Shown here: piece after piece, positions 40,913-53,572 of the stretch
Position numbering within the stretch: position 1 is the stretch's first letter
How the letters are laid out: each line of letters opens with the position of its first letter
Assembly: GCA_013239625.1 (NCBI GenBank)
Contig: MU054001.1
Coordinates: 5,753,078-5,817,077, forward strand
Source of the DNA: Lama guanicoe
Taxonomy: Eukaryota
Length of the DNA stretch: 64,000 nucleotides
Direction: 5' to 3'
The notes under the pieces: model-generated
What the model saw: only the letters and a program-made list of their open reading frames with translations
Told to the model about the DNA's origin: nothing
Databases searched by the model: none
Program-made: the position numbers and the translations under genes

Positions 40913-43225
40913 CTACAGAAGACAAGCAGCAAATTCACAACAAAGATGTCGGGAGGCAGGAGCAGTGTCATTTAGACATCAAAACTGTGGCTCGGAAGAA
41001 AGTCATTTAGTTATCAGAGCAATACAGCCAAGAGGTACTGCAAATTTAAAAAGCCCTCTGATACATCCAAGAGTATCAATTCTTGTCTTATTTTCTATTT
41101 AATTCTGTCTGTCTTTCTATTTAACCCAGGGTACTGGAATCATTGTATCTGATTCTTGCTACTTAGTGAAATTGAAAAAAATTACTCTTAAAGTCACATA
41201 GTTATTCTTATTCTTCAAGATTCTAAAACATCCAAAGAGCCCGATGAATTTAATTCCCATATTTTTCAGTTTTTCCAAGTACCCTCCTTCCTGGTACTTC
41301 TTATCCCCCAACACAACCTCCTTTTTACAGACTGAAATGGCTGACCCAGCGCTGGTTAAAACACCACCACCATCTTCATGAAGGAAATGAGAATTGGCTC
41401 AAAGGGACACTCAACAAGTAGTCCCCAAAAGAAAGAAAAATTCCAAAATTTTTAATTTCAGAGGCAATAATTTGTTATTAATTGGAGTAAGAGGATCTGG
41501 GGGTCAACAGTGTTTGTGCTAAAATCCCATCACTTCTGGCCTTTTGAATAAAACTGTGCTCATCCTATATACACTAACTGGCATAACCAAGTCCAGCCAG
41601 ACACTCTGCTGGGCATTCACACGGTAGAGGCTGCTTCAACATATCTGAACAAGAATCACCTACGTAACTGAGACGCAAAGTGTGATATGAAATAAAAACA
41701 AATGTTTGTCAAAAGGAAAAAAGGGCCTTTTTTTTTTAAAACAAAGCCAGTAAAAACTTTATTTTAAGCAGCGATTTACTAGTTTTAACTACAACCTGCT
41801 GCCTCAGCCATGCACAAGTCAAACGCTGTTGTGAAGAGGCATAAAGGGGGCGTGCCTGTGAGCAGCAGACCAACGGCAAGGGGGACGGCGGCTGGGCTGT
41901 ATCTCATGACCTGCACAAAGCCGGCTCACGGACCAGGCTCGGTTCGGCCACATGACTGCTGTAAAGTAGGGCAGAGTAAACAGTGACCTTTGAAAAGACA
42001 AGGAAGCCTCAAAAATATCGTGGGAATGCCCTTCATCTGGGGAAGTGATCAAGGCCCTGGAACTAGATACAATAAACAATGTCCTGTTACAATAAGCAGT
42101 TATTAGCACATTCAGGGTTTCAGAATAGGGTATAGGAAGGCCAAGACTCAAAACTAATAAATCCCCTGGAAGTATCCCTCTAGAGAACTTACAGATTTGT
42201 CAGCCTTTTGTGAATAAGTAGGGATGGCAAATTTAAAAAAACAAAAAACCAAAAAAACCTCAAAGCCTCTAACGGTCATTTCTTGCTGCATTAATTTCTT
42301 TTCCTTTTCTTACTGCTTTTGACAGGTAGATTACAAAAATAAGTACTGACAATTCTAGACCTAAAGTCATGGGAAGAAAATAGTATTCTAGGCAGCTGCC
42401 CTTTCTAAAGAAGTGGAAACCTAGATACTAGTTGCTGTATATAAACAATTCCTTCTAAACTTTCCACTGCTCCCTAAACCTAGAGAATTAGGTCCAAACT
42501 CCTTTGTCTGGAATTCAAGGCTCTTCACAGTCCAGCCCCCAACAGCTTTACTCACTTGTTGTTATGTTCTTGCTTCATCCACAATCAAGATCCTATTAAA
42601 TACTCCTTATGTTTTTTTTTTAACCTTTGTTAATATGGTAACTTCCTGCTCTTAGGACTCTCCCCACCCACATAAATTCCAGAAATTCTATGAAACTTTT
42701 CCTAACCACCTCTCACAAAGTGATCATTTCAATAATGCAATGTCTGCAGCATTTGCTGGCCTTCCAATTCTCCTGACACATACTTACGACCCAGGTTTTA
42801 TCCCTGGGTACCAAGTATACGGCCTCCTCAAAAGAGCCAGTGAGCACTCTGATGACAGAGTGGGTCTTAATCCAGATTAGATGTAGGATCTAAGAGTCGT
42901 GAGATTGTTCCCCAAACAGAAGCTTGTTTCTCCTGTTTAAGGACACCGGATCAGCTATGCCAGCATCCAAAGTATCTCTCTATCTGCTAAGATGGGGATA
43001 ACCACAGTGCCATCCTGGTGGATTTACATGAGATCACAAGAGAACATAACAGGTAAAGCACACAGCAGAGTGTCTGGCACACAGTTAGCTTTCAAACGAT
43101 GTTAACTCTAATTATTATTAGCAATAGCTATTTAAAGTCCACTTCTGGTTTCCTGAAAAAAATACAAAAGCAGAAGTCAGTACACCTAAATTTGGGTCTC
43201 ATTTCAATCTCTACCTCATGACAAC

Positions 43226-43389
43226 TTTTTTTTTTTTAACTGAAGTATAGTCAGTTTACAATGTTGTCTCAATTTCTGGTGCACAGCATGTTTCAGTCAG
43301 ACATATACTCCTTTTCATATTCTTTTTCATTATAGATTACTGTAAGATATTGAACATAGTTTAGTTCCCTGTTCTCTACAAAAGAAACC
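43226..43389 (-). mobile_element. L1 3' end
   Basis: poly(T), ctgaagtatagtcagtttacaatgttgtctcaatttctggtgcacagc...gttccctgttctctaca. Confidence 0.8.
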
Positions 43390-43972
43390 TGTCGTAGCAA
43401 ATCTTATAAATGTCTTTTCATAGTGGAACCGAGCCCCCACCCTCAAACCAAGTTTTCTCACTGAGTTTATAATTAATTTCTTTATCCAAAACGTTATTCT
43501 TTTCTTGCCCCCTCTGACCTGAATCCTGCAGTAACTCAACGCCGATCAACCAGAGTCAGATGACTGAAACTACTGTTGTGGGTAACATCATTAATGTACT
43601 AAAATTGCTGTTGTAGACATCACTATTAACGTACTAACTGAGGTTGTTTCTCCAGGGCAAGATGAGCTAACAGACCCCCGAGCCATGGACCACCTGGCCA
43701 GAAAATTATAAACCAGACACACCCTGATTCCTGAAACTATGACTAAGAAATGTCACAGAAATGTCACAAGATGATAATTAACCCCAGCTTCTTCATCTAC
43801 GCCTTTTAAAAAAAAAAACCCTAACTCAAAGACCAAGTAGGAGTGGACCTGAGGTTTGTCTCCCACTCCCTAGCTTAGCGCCCTGCAATAAACCCCTCCT
43901 TTGCTATAAACCCGCTGTCAGAGCTCGGCTTTCTGTGCAGTGGACACACGACCCCTTTGCTCGGTGATAACA
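43390..43972 (+). mobile_element. Probable solo ERV LTR (family not identified)
   Basis: Begins tgt, ends taaca, short internal direct repeats (agaaatgtcac x2), A-run in TATA position, AATAAA at 43887-43892 followed by a U5-like segment; no clear TSD. Confidence 0.6.
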
Positions 43973-46900
43973 GCATGAAACACACTCAACATCCTCAGAG
44001 CTGCTCAATCACAGGTAAAGTCCCCAAACGTCAAATCAGGTCAAGATGTCAAACCAAGAAAACAAGTATCGTCAGAGCCCATAAGCTACAGAAAATACCT
44101 ATGATGTGCTTGTCCTTTACCAGAAGGTATGGGTAGCATGCAATTTGCTGACTGAAGATATGGAATATTGTTTGAATACACCTTTGCAATATGAATCAGA
44201 TGCTGAAAAATGTAGCAATATACAAGCAAAAATGTTCTCTTTCAACATCACCAAACACAAACATTTTAAAAACAAATTAGCATATCAAAATTTCCTACTG
44301 AGAAACTGCATAGGTAGGAAGTAAGTGAAACTAGCACAACAAACTAGAGTTTACAAACTCCAACCTTTTTGAGGGTAAACATAACTGTCTTTTCTACAGT
44401 CATCCTTATGGTACAACATCTAAAAAGCAATACAGCACAATACAGGAAAGTTTGCAAAGAATGTTTCACTTCGAGTACTTATTCAGCCTGAATACGTAAT
44501 GACCTAGGAGTTTTTCTTAAAACTGAAGTATACAAGTTAACTTAAAAATATATGAACTCATAGTTGTAATTGTTACAGGCAGTTCACAGCCTTTTCAGGG
44601 CTATTCAACTAGTGTATAAGATATGCAAAAACAAAAGCGTCTATACACTTCAAAATTTTAAGTTACGAGATCAGCATTTTTCATTTTCCAAAAAGTAGTC
44701 TGTGTTATACTTCAGAGAACAACTACATGGAATTACAACATCATCTATTTACAGCTCCATGATAACCAACTATTTTACTACTCTGCACCACCTCTGGGTA
44801 GATTCAAATCTAATGTGATCCAAAAGGCTGGTCAGCCTGTCGCTGCCAAGGACATCTACATGTCAGGAATGAGGTGTGCAGACAAGGGGGAAAACCAGGC
44901 ATTTTTACTACCAATTTTTTTCATGCCTCTTCAATTGAATTAAGGAGTGCTTGTGGGCTGTAATACAAAGTATTAAAATTATATTCATAAGCAATTAGTA
45001 ATATAAAATGTTTATATATAATATTAAGTAGAAAGTGCAGGATTATAATTCAGCTGCTTTAAAAAAAAAAGGGCAAAAGCTGCTCAATGAAGCATCTGGC
45101 AGGAAATAACATGTTGAAAGTGATTACCTTTGTATGGCAGAAAAACAGGGGGATTTTTTTCCCTTTTATTTTTGAAATTTTCTACCAAGATGTATGTATG
45201 TGTATGTATATATACAGATACACACCCACACATATATCTCAAAATGGAAAAAATAATAACCCTAAAAGAGATCCTAATGATCTTTTTAAAAAAGAAAGAG
45301 TCTTTCAAGAACTAAAAATAGTCTTTAGTATAGCAGGTCTAAACCAATCCAACTGTTCTTAGAGCAGTCATCCCTCCATCTTTCCATACATTCATTTGCA
45401 CGGGCGCGCTCACCTAAAGGACTGCATGACTTCCAATGTGTAATCACATTTTACTCTTCCTTGAACTCATACAGCGCTCAGAGAGCACGTGGTACCGTGC
45501 TCGGCAGCCCAGAGTGATGCAGAGGAGTGTGAGACATGGAAAAGCCGTACTCCACGGTGCTCCTCCTTTTTACATATGCTTTATCTCTACGGGTATGTGC
45601 TCGAAACAACAAAGGTCTGTGTCAATCGTTACAAGAACATGATAGATAATAAGCGGTCAGTTTACAGGAGAGAAGGGTCATAACTGACTGCACTCATCTT
45701 AATGGAGGAAGCCCTGGGTTAGGGCCTTAAAAATAAACCCGCACGTTTTAGAAGGGCGAAGACGAGCTGTATGCAAATACAGGTTATAAGGAGGACACTG
45801 AGCAAACTGTACCCTTTCTGGCATACTATGCTAGAGATATATTAAGTGCTTGCTGCTTCAGTTATTTCCCCCTTGTAGAGACTAATAATGAAACAGCTAA
45901 TTTATTTAAAACATCAGCAATTTCAGGTTACTATGAAAATGTATCACCATGGAAAGAAAAAGCTCGTTTTTCTTCTCATCTTGTTTGAAAACTGAGCCAA
46001 GGGTTCCCTGCAGTGATACAATTTTATTATCTGGGCAAACAGAGGTAAGTGACTTCTGAAAAGTTAGTATCGACAATAACTTAAGAAATGTCACAATACT
46101 ATATCTCACCAAGGAACAGCTAATGAAAAAGAGACTGTTATACAAACATGATTTCCTAAAACTTCATCCTAAAAGAAGTCACTTTACATTTAATGTCTAT
46201 GAACTGATTTAAGTTATTTAAGTATAATATTTAAATATAAAAATGTAAGTCATAAAAACCGATAGATGGGAACAGAGATTCTGTGGCTTATAAAAGTAGA
46301 CGGAAAAATCCCAATGGAGAGGATGAGAAATGAAAAATGTTTACACTGAAAAAAATGCATTAGTTAATATGGAAAATAAGCACAACTATTTTTCCTTTAA
46401 TCAGTTCAAAATAATATGAACAAAAACAGCAGGCCAACGTTTAGTCAGATAACTATTATTTTCCCAGTTTAAGATTTATATGCAAACGAAATGTTTTTTT
46501 TTCTCCCCATCTCTTGCCTCACCATCATTTTAACTCTAAAAGACATGACTTAGGTTGTTTTAAAAATCAAGTCTTAACTCATTAGCACTCTTCTTCCTGT
46601 GAACAGGTACTTCTCACAAAAGACTGGAGTTCCGTGCATGGGAAAACACAGAAAGTGTGTGACAAAATCAAGAGAATAAGCAAGGAAGATAACAGAAAGC
46701 AGCTCTGTTTTTCCTTGGCTATTTTCAGACTGCAGAACAGTAGTGCCTACTCACAGGCTGAGGAAAAACAAAACTTTGCATGAACTCTAATTGTGAGCAT
46801 GTGACCAGTACTTAAATGCCAAGACCTGGGTGTTCCCAAAGGCCTCCACTGTCATGTGGAACCACTTGTTCCTGCCAACTCCACCCCATGATTGTGCTAG

Positions 46901-47420
46901 AATCCTCTACTGTTCTTTCTCCTCCTCCGACCCATAACTCTGACATAAACGCATACTCTGCTCTCGACCCCCTCCTCCTCTTAACAGCCACTCCCCACTC
47001 TCCACCTGCTTCCAAACAGGTTTTCAAATAAAAATTTTCTGCAGGCTCTGATAATTTAGGGGGCAGGTTGGTAACAAGTCCCCAAGAGCACAAATGAAAC
47101 ACCTAACCCAGTGATGGCTAGGGAGCACGTGTACTGACCAGCAAGCTGCATCAAAAGTCAGGCTTCATAGACAAAACCACATACCTGTTACTTGGCAACA
47201 ATCACAACCTCTACACATTTCTAAAAAGCTTATATTTACACAGATTTTAGATGAATACACAAGCTCTTTCACAAAACACTCGTGAAGGAAATAGTTCTTA
47301 TTTTCTTTACAGATTCAATTCTCTTTGTGATAGTCACACAGGGGAAGTACAGACACTTGAAAAAAGTGAATAATTTTGTATCAATCAATATCAGTAAAGA
47401 TTTAAAACAAAGATCTGCTT

Positions 47421-47596
47421 GATTACACTGTATAGCACAGGGAAATATACACAAAATGTTATGATAAATCACAGAGAAAAAAATGTGACAATGAGTGTGT
47501 AAATGTCCATGTATGACTGAAAAATTGTACTGAACACTGGAATTTGACACAACACTGTAAAATGATTATGAATCAATAAAAATGTTAAAAAAAAAA
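47421..47596 (+). mobile_element. 5'-truncated young L1 3' end with poly(A)
   Basis: ctgtatagcacagggaaatata...caataaaaatgttaaaaaa; perfect 17-bp TSD aaaacaaagatctgctt at 47404-47420 and 47597-47613. Confidence 0.85.
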
Positions 47597-48684
47597 AAAA
47601 CAAAGATCTGCTTAAACCCCATAATGTTCTTAAGAAATGATGGAATTACAACATTACATACTGTCCACCAACAGGATCATAAAATACACTTCACAATTCT
47701 GCCACGTAAATTAGACAATAATGCCAAAAACAGAATATTTTAGGTACAGTTTAAAAATCAGATTGTATTTTACAAAAAGTCATATTGAAGCTTATAAATC
47801 TCAACTTGCCTTCCTGAGACTTTAGAATTAAAATAATAATTAGAGCTCACTTTTATTGAATGCTCACTGTGTGCGAGGCACTAAGCACTTTCCAAGCCTT
47901 AATGAATAATCAATACCAATGTAGAAAGAAATAAGGACAAACACCTACATGCCATGTGCCCACGGACATTAATTTCACCTGACAGTAACTCCACAGACCC
48001 ACTCTTTAAATTCCTTCAAATTCTTACACAATACTGCTACAGATAACGAAAGGAAGAGATAAACAAAAACAACTCTGAGGGCAGGAATCAAGTCACTTGC
48101 ATGGGGAACACCTCCCTAAAGCTCTGAAGCTAAAATTAGAAAAGATTTCGGCCTTAGATCCAGCTTCTCCAAGGTTGGTCCAAGATGCCTGCCGATTTCT
48201 TTACGAAAGCAAATGACAGCCCCTAGTGGCACATGTGAGAATAAGACAGTCTGGGCAACAGAAACATCCTATCACTTGAAACTGCCAGAAAGAATAACCC
48301 AAAATCAATTCCTTGATCTAATCTGCAGTCTTCACTGCTTGTTTATTAAAAAATCTGGGAATGATTTTCTTCAATGCCTAAGAATTGTAAATAAGCAAAC
48401 AAAAGAGAATAAAAAGAACCATTTTTCTTCAAAAGTTTCTGAAATAGTTTCCCATCCCTGCCTAAAGATCCTGTGAATAAGTCAAGTGGAAAATAAGATG
48501 TTTTTATAAAAGCATCACATTCTTTTTTTTCCCCACAATCCACATGTATTCCATATTCACCAAACTGCACATATGCATTTAAATTATCCTTAGCTACTGG
48601 CAGTTGTTCACTGCCTGCCCTGGCATGCCTGCCAAAGTCTCCACTTATAATCTGGATTGCTTTTACAACTTTAAGATTGAGGGT

Positions 48685-48753
48685 TCATGCTTAGCATGCA
48701 TGAGGCCATGCACTCAATCCTCAGCACCTCCATTAAAAAAAAAATTTTAAAAA
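48685..48753 (+). mobile_element. 5'-truncated Vic-1-like SINE
   Basis: catgcttagcatgcatgaggcc...caatcctcagcacctccatt plus A tail; perfect TSD aagattgagggt at 48673-48684 and 48754-48765. Confidence 0.8.
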
Positions 48754-49619
48754 AAGATTGAGGGTACAGTATTAAGGACAGAAGTTTTATCTTTAGTTTA
48801 ACTACTTTCTACTCAAAGCTAAACAGCTCCTTTTAAGGTTTTTTTTGAGACATAATTGACATATAACATCATACTAGTTTCAGGTGTACATCATATTATT
48901 TTAAGCGGTTCATGATTTTTACATTTTTAAATACTTCTGTACTATAGGTATGTTTTCTTACAATTCGCAACTGTGAAATAGAGGTTCACACTTTCCTAAA
49001 GCATCTTCCAATCTGAGCAACAGAGACCACAGAGAACAAAACAATGAATGTGACATGCAAATCTGATTCTAATAATGTCAGATTAGTCAGAGACACAGTT
49101 CTTACGGTTGAACGTATTTTTATAGTAAGGGCGTCAAAATGCAAGGGAAGGCCTTAATTATCCTAACCTTTTACCTTATTACTCATACTTGCACTGCAAA
49201 TCATCCTTCTTAAAACAATGTTTAAACTGCAAATATAATACATTTGTTACCAAAGACTTCTTACCTCCTTCTACCAGCCCCAGCTATTTTTTAAACTCTA
49301 AAAGTCATGGGTCATTATCTATGAAATGATACTGGGCCAAAATGAATGTAAAGACATTATAATACTTAATCACAATGAATTTGTAATTACATTCAAATGA
49401 GACTCCAGGAAAGCTGCAGCCCAGACACCCCATCCATCGCCACACACATAGCAAGGTTAATGTAGGTATAACATCATGGTGGAGGCTCTAGGCTAGTCCT
49501 CTCCACTCAAGGCACCGCAAATAGCCCTTTAAGATATATATTATGCCTTGGCTTTTTGGGGGACTCTGGTCATATGAAAAGGAAGGGAATCAGAGATGAA
49601 ACTGAAAGAAATATTCTAC

Positions 49620-49878
49620 CTGTGTCCTCGAATGTCGGACTGATCACACACTCCTCCAAGTGCAATCCTGTGGAACTCTCGACCCAGAGTCTTGGCCACT
49701 GATCTTCCCACGCTTGTTTTACCAACTCCAGGAGGGCCGACAAAGCACAGAATGGGGCCCTTCAGGTTGTTTTTCAGCTGTCTGACAGCCAAGTACTCCA
49801 GCACTCTTTTCTTCAATTTTTCCATGGCATAATGGTCATTGTCCAGGAGAATCCGGGCTGCTCGAATGTCCAGACGGT
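49620..49878 (-). CDS. LONP2: LONP2 exon 7 (259 nt), AAA+ domain with Walker A GPPGVGKT (49715..49738)
   Basis: Acceptor tatttggcag|AC, donor AG|gtagaa; inside ORF 49616..49912: [32 protein letters not shown]...[16 protein letters not shown]...DIRGHR. Confidence 0.97.
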
Positions 49879-50487
49879 CTGCCAAATAATCCAACAGAAA
49901 TAATCTGAGCATGTGGAATTTTTACATAGAAGAATTCCCTTTCAGGCTGGCAAGAGCCAAAATATTCTTTTGAAAAAAAAGACATGACAAGAACAGGCTT
50001 GGATCCTTCTAAATGAGTCTTCAGGGAGACCTGGATTTGGGTTTTTGCTTAAGAAGATTTAGTATTTACAGAAAGAGTAGAAACTACGTAATTAAAAACT
50101 CAAAGAGTTAATATTCTTTTATCATTTCATTTGGGAATGATTTTCTTGATACACATTATTTCTAAGGAGACATAATTTATACATATTCTATTTGTCCTGG
50201 TATTTGTTCCTTTTTTTGTTTATTACAGAATATATGCTCATCCCAGAAAACCTAACGACACGAATAAATCAGAAGGAAATAGTCCCCATAATCTCATGCC
50301 CCCAAGAAAGCAGCACCACCTTCACTTCAACACTAATTATTCCAGGTTCTGTGTGTGCGTGCATGTGCACATGAACCCTTACACGCCTATTTTTCAAAAT
50401 AAGATTCTATGAGGAGTTCAAGTTTTGGAAAAGTTTTTTCACTTAACACATTGAGGACCTTTTTCAGTGTCAAATGTACTCTTCAGT

Positions 50488-50525
50488 CCTGGGGGTATAG
50501 CTCTGGGGAAGAGCATTTGACTGCA
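50488..50525 (+). pseudogene. Tailless retropseudogene of the 5' half of tRNA-Cys(GCA)
   Basis: 50491-50525 gggggtatagctctggggaagagcatttgactgca differs at 2 of 35 nt from recalled tRNA-Cys GGGGGTATAGCTCAGGGGTAGAGCATTTGACTGCA and ends at the anticodon; flanked by perfect direct repeat caaatgtactcttcagt at 50471-50487 and 50524-50540. Confidence 0.88.
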
Positions 50526-50988
50526 AATGTACTCTTCAGTAACATTTTAGTGGCTGCATAATATTCCATTACTTAATCGCACTCATTCAACTAATTCCCT
50601 ATTGCTGAGCATTTAGGCTATCTACAAATCTTTACAGTTATAAAGCATGCTTCACTGTGAGTCCTTGTAACTAAATCTCCACATACATCTGTAATTATTT
50701 CCTTCAGCTAATTTTCTAAAACAGAAGGGCTGGATCAAAAAAAAAAAATTAAGATGTAAAGAACTGCCTAAGTTCTATCGATTAAAGTCTCAGCAGAAAT
50801 GTATGAATTAGGCCCTGCTTCTATCCAAGCTTTCATCAGGTTTATTGATGCGCTTTAGTACCTAAAATAATCACCGATTAAACACTAGGCCCTGGAAGCC
50901 AAAATGAATTCATCAGCTGGGCGGCAGCCAGAAGCTAATCCACAACCATGTGATCATACCGACAGTGAAAGAAGAAAATGGGAGAGAA

Positions 50989-51008
50989 ACACACACACAC
51001 ACACACAC
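50989..51008 (+). repeat. (AC)10 microsatellite
   Basis: Read directly from sequence. Confidence 0.9.
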
Positions 51009-53169
51009 GCCCACTCTTTCAATCACTTATTGGAACTTGCCATGTGTTTTTCCTACAGGGGAAAAAAAAAAAGCCCTTAAATCGTAACTTGGTTCCTAAG
51101 CTAGTCTATAAAAACCAAGCTAATCAGCAATACATGTAATTTATAGTACTATGGATTTTAGTCAGTCCTGGCTGAGTGATTTGGAAAGGAAAGAATAAAA
51201 TTTCTTCCCCCTTTCCTGGTTTCAGAACCCAACCAATGAATATATGAACAAATGAAAGAAAGTTTCCTGTTTTACGATGCTGGCTCTGACACTAAAACCT
51301 ACCACAGTAAATTAAAAGAAACCACTTCAGACCAATTCCATTTTGCATAGCTCTAAATATTAAAATGCTGGTAAATCAAATCTATTCAAAGAGTAATCTA
51401 CTAAATCCCAGTGGGACTTATTTTACTTATGCAAATACGGTTCAATATAAAGTTATTAACATATTTATTACATTATCACATCCAAGGAGAAAAACTTTCC
51501 ATCAAAAATGTCATTTTGTAACTAAAAAGGCTCTTGTTATAATGTAACATCCATTCTTGATTAACGTTCAGTAAACAATGAATAGAATTCTGTGTATTTT
51601 AGAAAAAAATGAAAGCAATGAAGGCATTTCTTCTAACATGCCAAGTAAAGACAATTTAAAAAGTTACATTCCTTCAAACTTTTAAGGAAAGATAATTTCC
51701 ATGTTATATATCGTGTATCTTTTCTATACAGGATGCATTTTTTTGATTGCTCTTTTTAATGATTCAGAATGCACGCTTACTATTTTGAATAATACTCGTG
51801 GTTAAATGTAAAAAATTTCAAACCTGTTGGAACATATATTTCTCTATTTATAATCAGAAGATTGAAATGGTATCTACTGGCTCCCAAGATGGGAAAATCA
51901 AGAAACTTATTTCCTACAACTTGTTCATCTCTGCTTTCCTCTCTACTTTTGATAATCTCTACTGACATAAGCTTGTCTTACAAGGATTATGGAAGACATT
52001 TTCATGGTTTTATAACCTGACCCACAACAACCACTTAGACCTAAGTCTATGTAGTAATGGTTCAGAAGCTCAACATGCCTACTTTCACACCACAGTTTAC
52101 CCATCTTCAGTTCCCAGCTGAAATGCTGGACCAGGAGGATTTTCATGACGGCTCCATGAGTCCTACGCATTTATGATGCTCACACACATCCAGTATAAAC
52201 TCTCTGAGTTGTGAAAAAAAAAAAGCTTTGCCTTAATTTTCTATTTTCTGGATTACTTCAGTAAAAAATGGGAGTCAGCACTCTGCATTCAAATAAACAT
52301 TTTGGCCTCAACTGTCCAAAATTACATTGTGTGAACCTGATAAAAAGTCCTCGTTAGTCATGAATTTCACTTTATCAAGAGGACAAGTGAGGGAGGGACG
52401 AAGGCAAGAGCAACTTACTAGGCTACTACTAGCAAATAATGAAATCTGCAATTTTAATATTCTCAGGCCATTACACTATATGCACCCTCACTTAAGTCAT
52501 TAGTTAAAACAAATCCTGGAGTGCAGAAAAATATTACCGAGAGAACACCAAAATTTCAAAACAAGACCGTTGGTGTTACCAAGCTATGTAGACGTGCTTC
52601 ATGTCATGCAGTCACACTGTGGTCAAAAGGGAAAATAACAGAATTTGGGTATCATCATGACTCCATCAATGACACAAACAAATACCTAGCAAACACATAC
52701 CAACATGGAAGCTTGGCAGATGAGATGTAAGCAGAGCAGCTAAACACATGAAGGTTAAATGTAATTCCTTTCCCAGGTCTAAACTAACAGGGAGCAGGGC
52801 CCTCTTCAAATCTCTAAGAATAGGGCCACTTCACTTAAAAGCAGGCACTGGAGAGTTATGAGTTAACAGAAGACAATCTGAACCAAAATGGATTTCCCCA
52901 TAGCCCAGCTGGATCCAGACAGACATCTGAACTCAAACAGATCAGCTGACAACTTGGGGCTAAATCAATGGGAACACACGCTCCCCTGCATTCACTTACT
53001 ATGGTGTTTCCAGAAAATTCTGAATTAAAAATTAAACCAAGATATTCGGCTTCAGTTTATTTGGTAAAACACCTTCAACTAGAAGGCAATATTTTGTCAT
53101 AAATATAAACATGAAATAAATTAAAAAATAAATTTGCCAGCATAGTTCAGAACAAGTTTATATACAGTT

Positions 53170-53572
53170 GTTAAAATGCTGGAAACAATACAAATGTCCA
53201 TCAACAGGTAAATGGATAAACCAATCACTGATATACACAGTAACATGGAGAATGAACTTTAAAATTAATTATGCTGAGGGAAATAACCAAAAAAAAAATA
53301 AAAGGAGGGGGACACATACTATATCATTTCATTTATACAAAATTTTAGGAAATATGAACTAGTCCACAGCGGTTGCTCGGGAATGGGAAGGCAGGGAGGG
53401 AATCACAGAGAAGCATGAGGAAACTTTTAGAAGTGATGAGTATGTCCATTTCCTTGATTATGGTAATGGTACTACAGTTACACATTTATGTTAAAACTCA
53501 TCAAAATGTTCACATTACATATGTGCAGTTCACTGTATGTCAACTATATCCTAATAAAATTGGAAAATAAAG
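53170..53572 (+). mobile_element. Old L1MC-like 3' end
   Basis: ctggaaacaatacaaatgtccatcaacaggtaaatggataaac...gttaaaactcatcaaaatg...atgtgcagttcactgtatgtcaactatatcctaataaa. Confidence 0.75.

Noticed and set aside
45482..45510. gagcacgtggtaccgtgctc hairpin and U6-like gtgctcggcagc
   Set aside because: A 7-bp stem is expected by chance; similarity to U6 does not extend.
18747..48753. Inverted SINE pairs as dsRNA/editing substrates
   Set aside because: The only minus-strand SINE (31110) is more than 12 kb from the nearest opposite copy.
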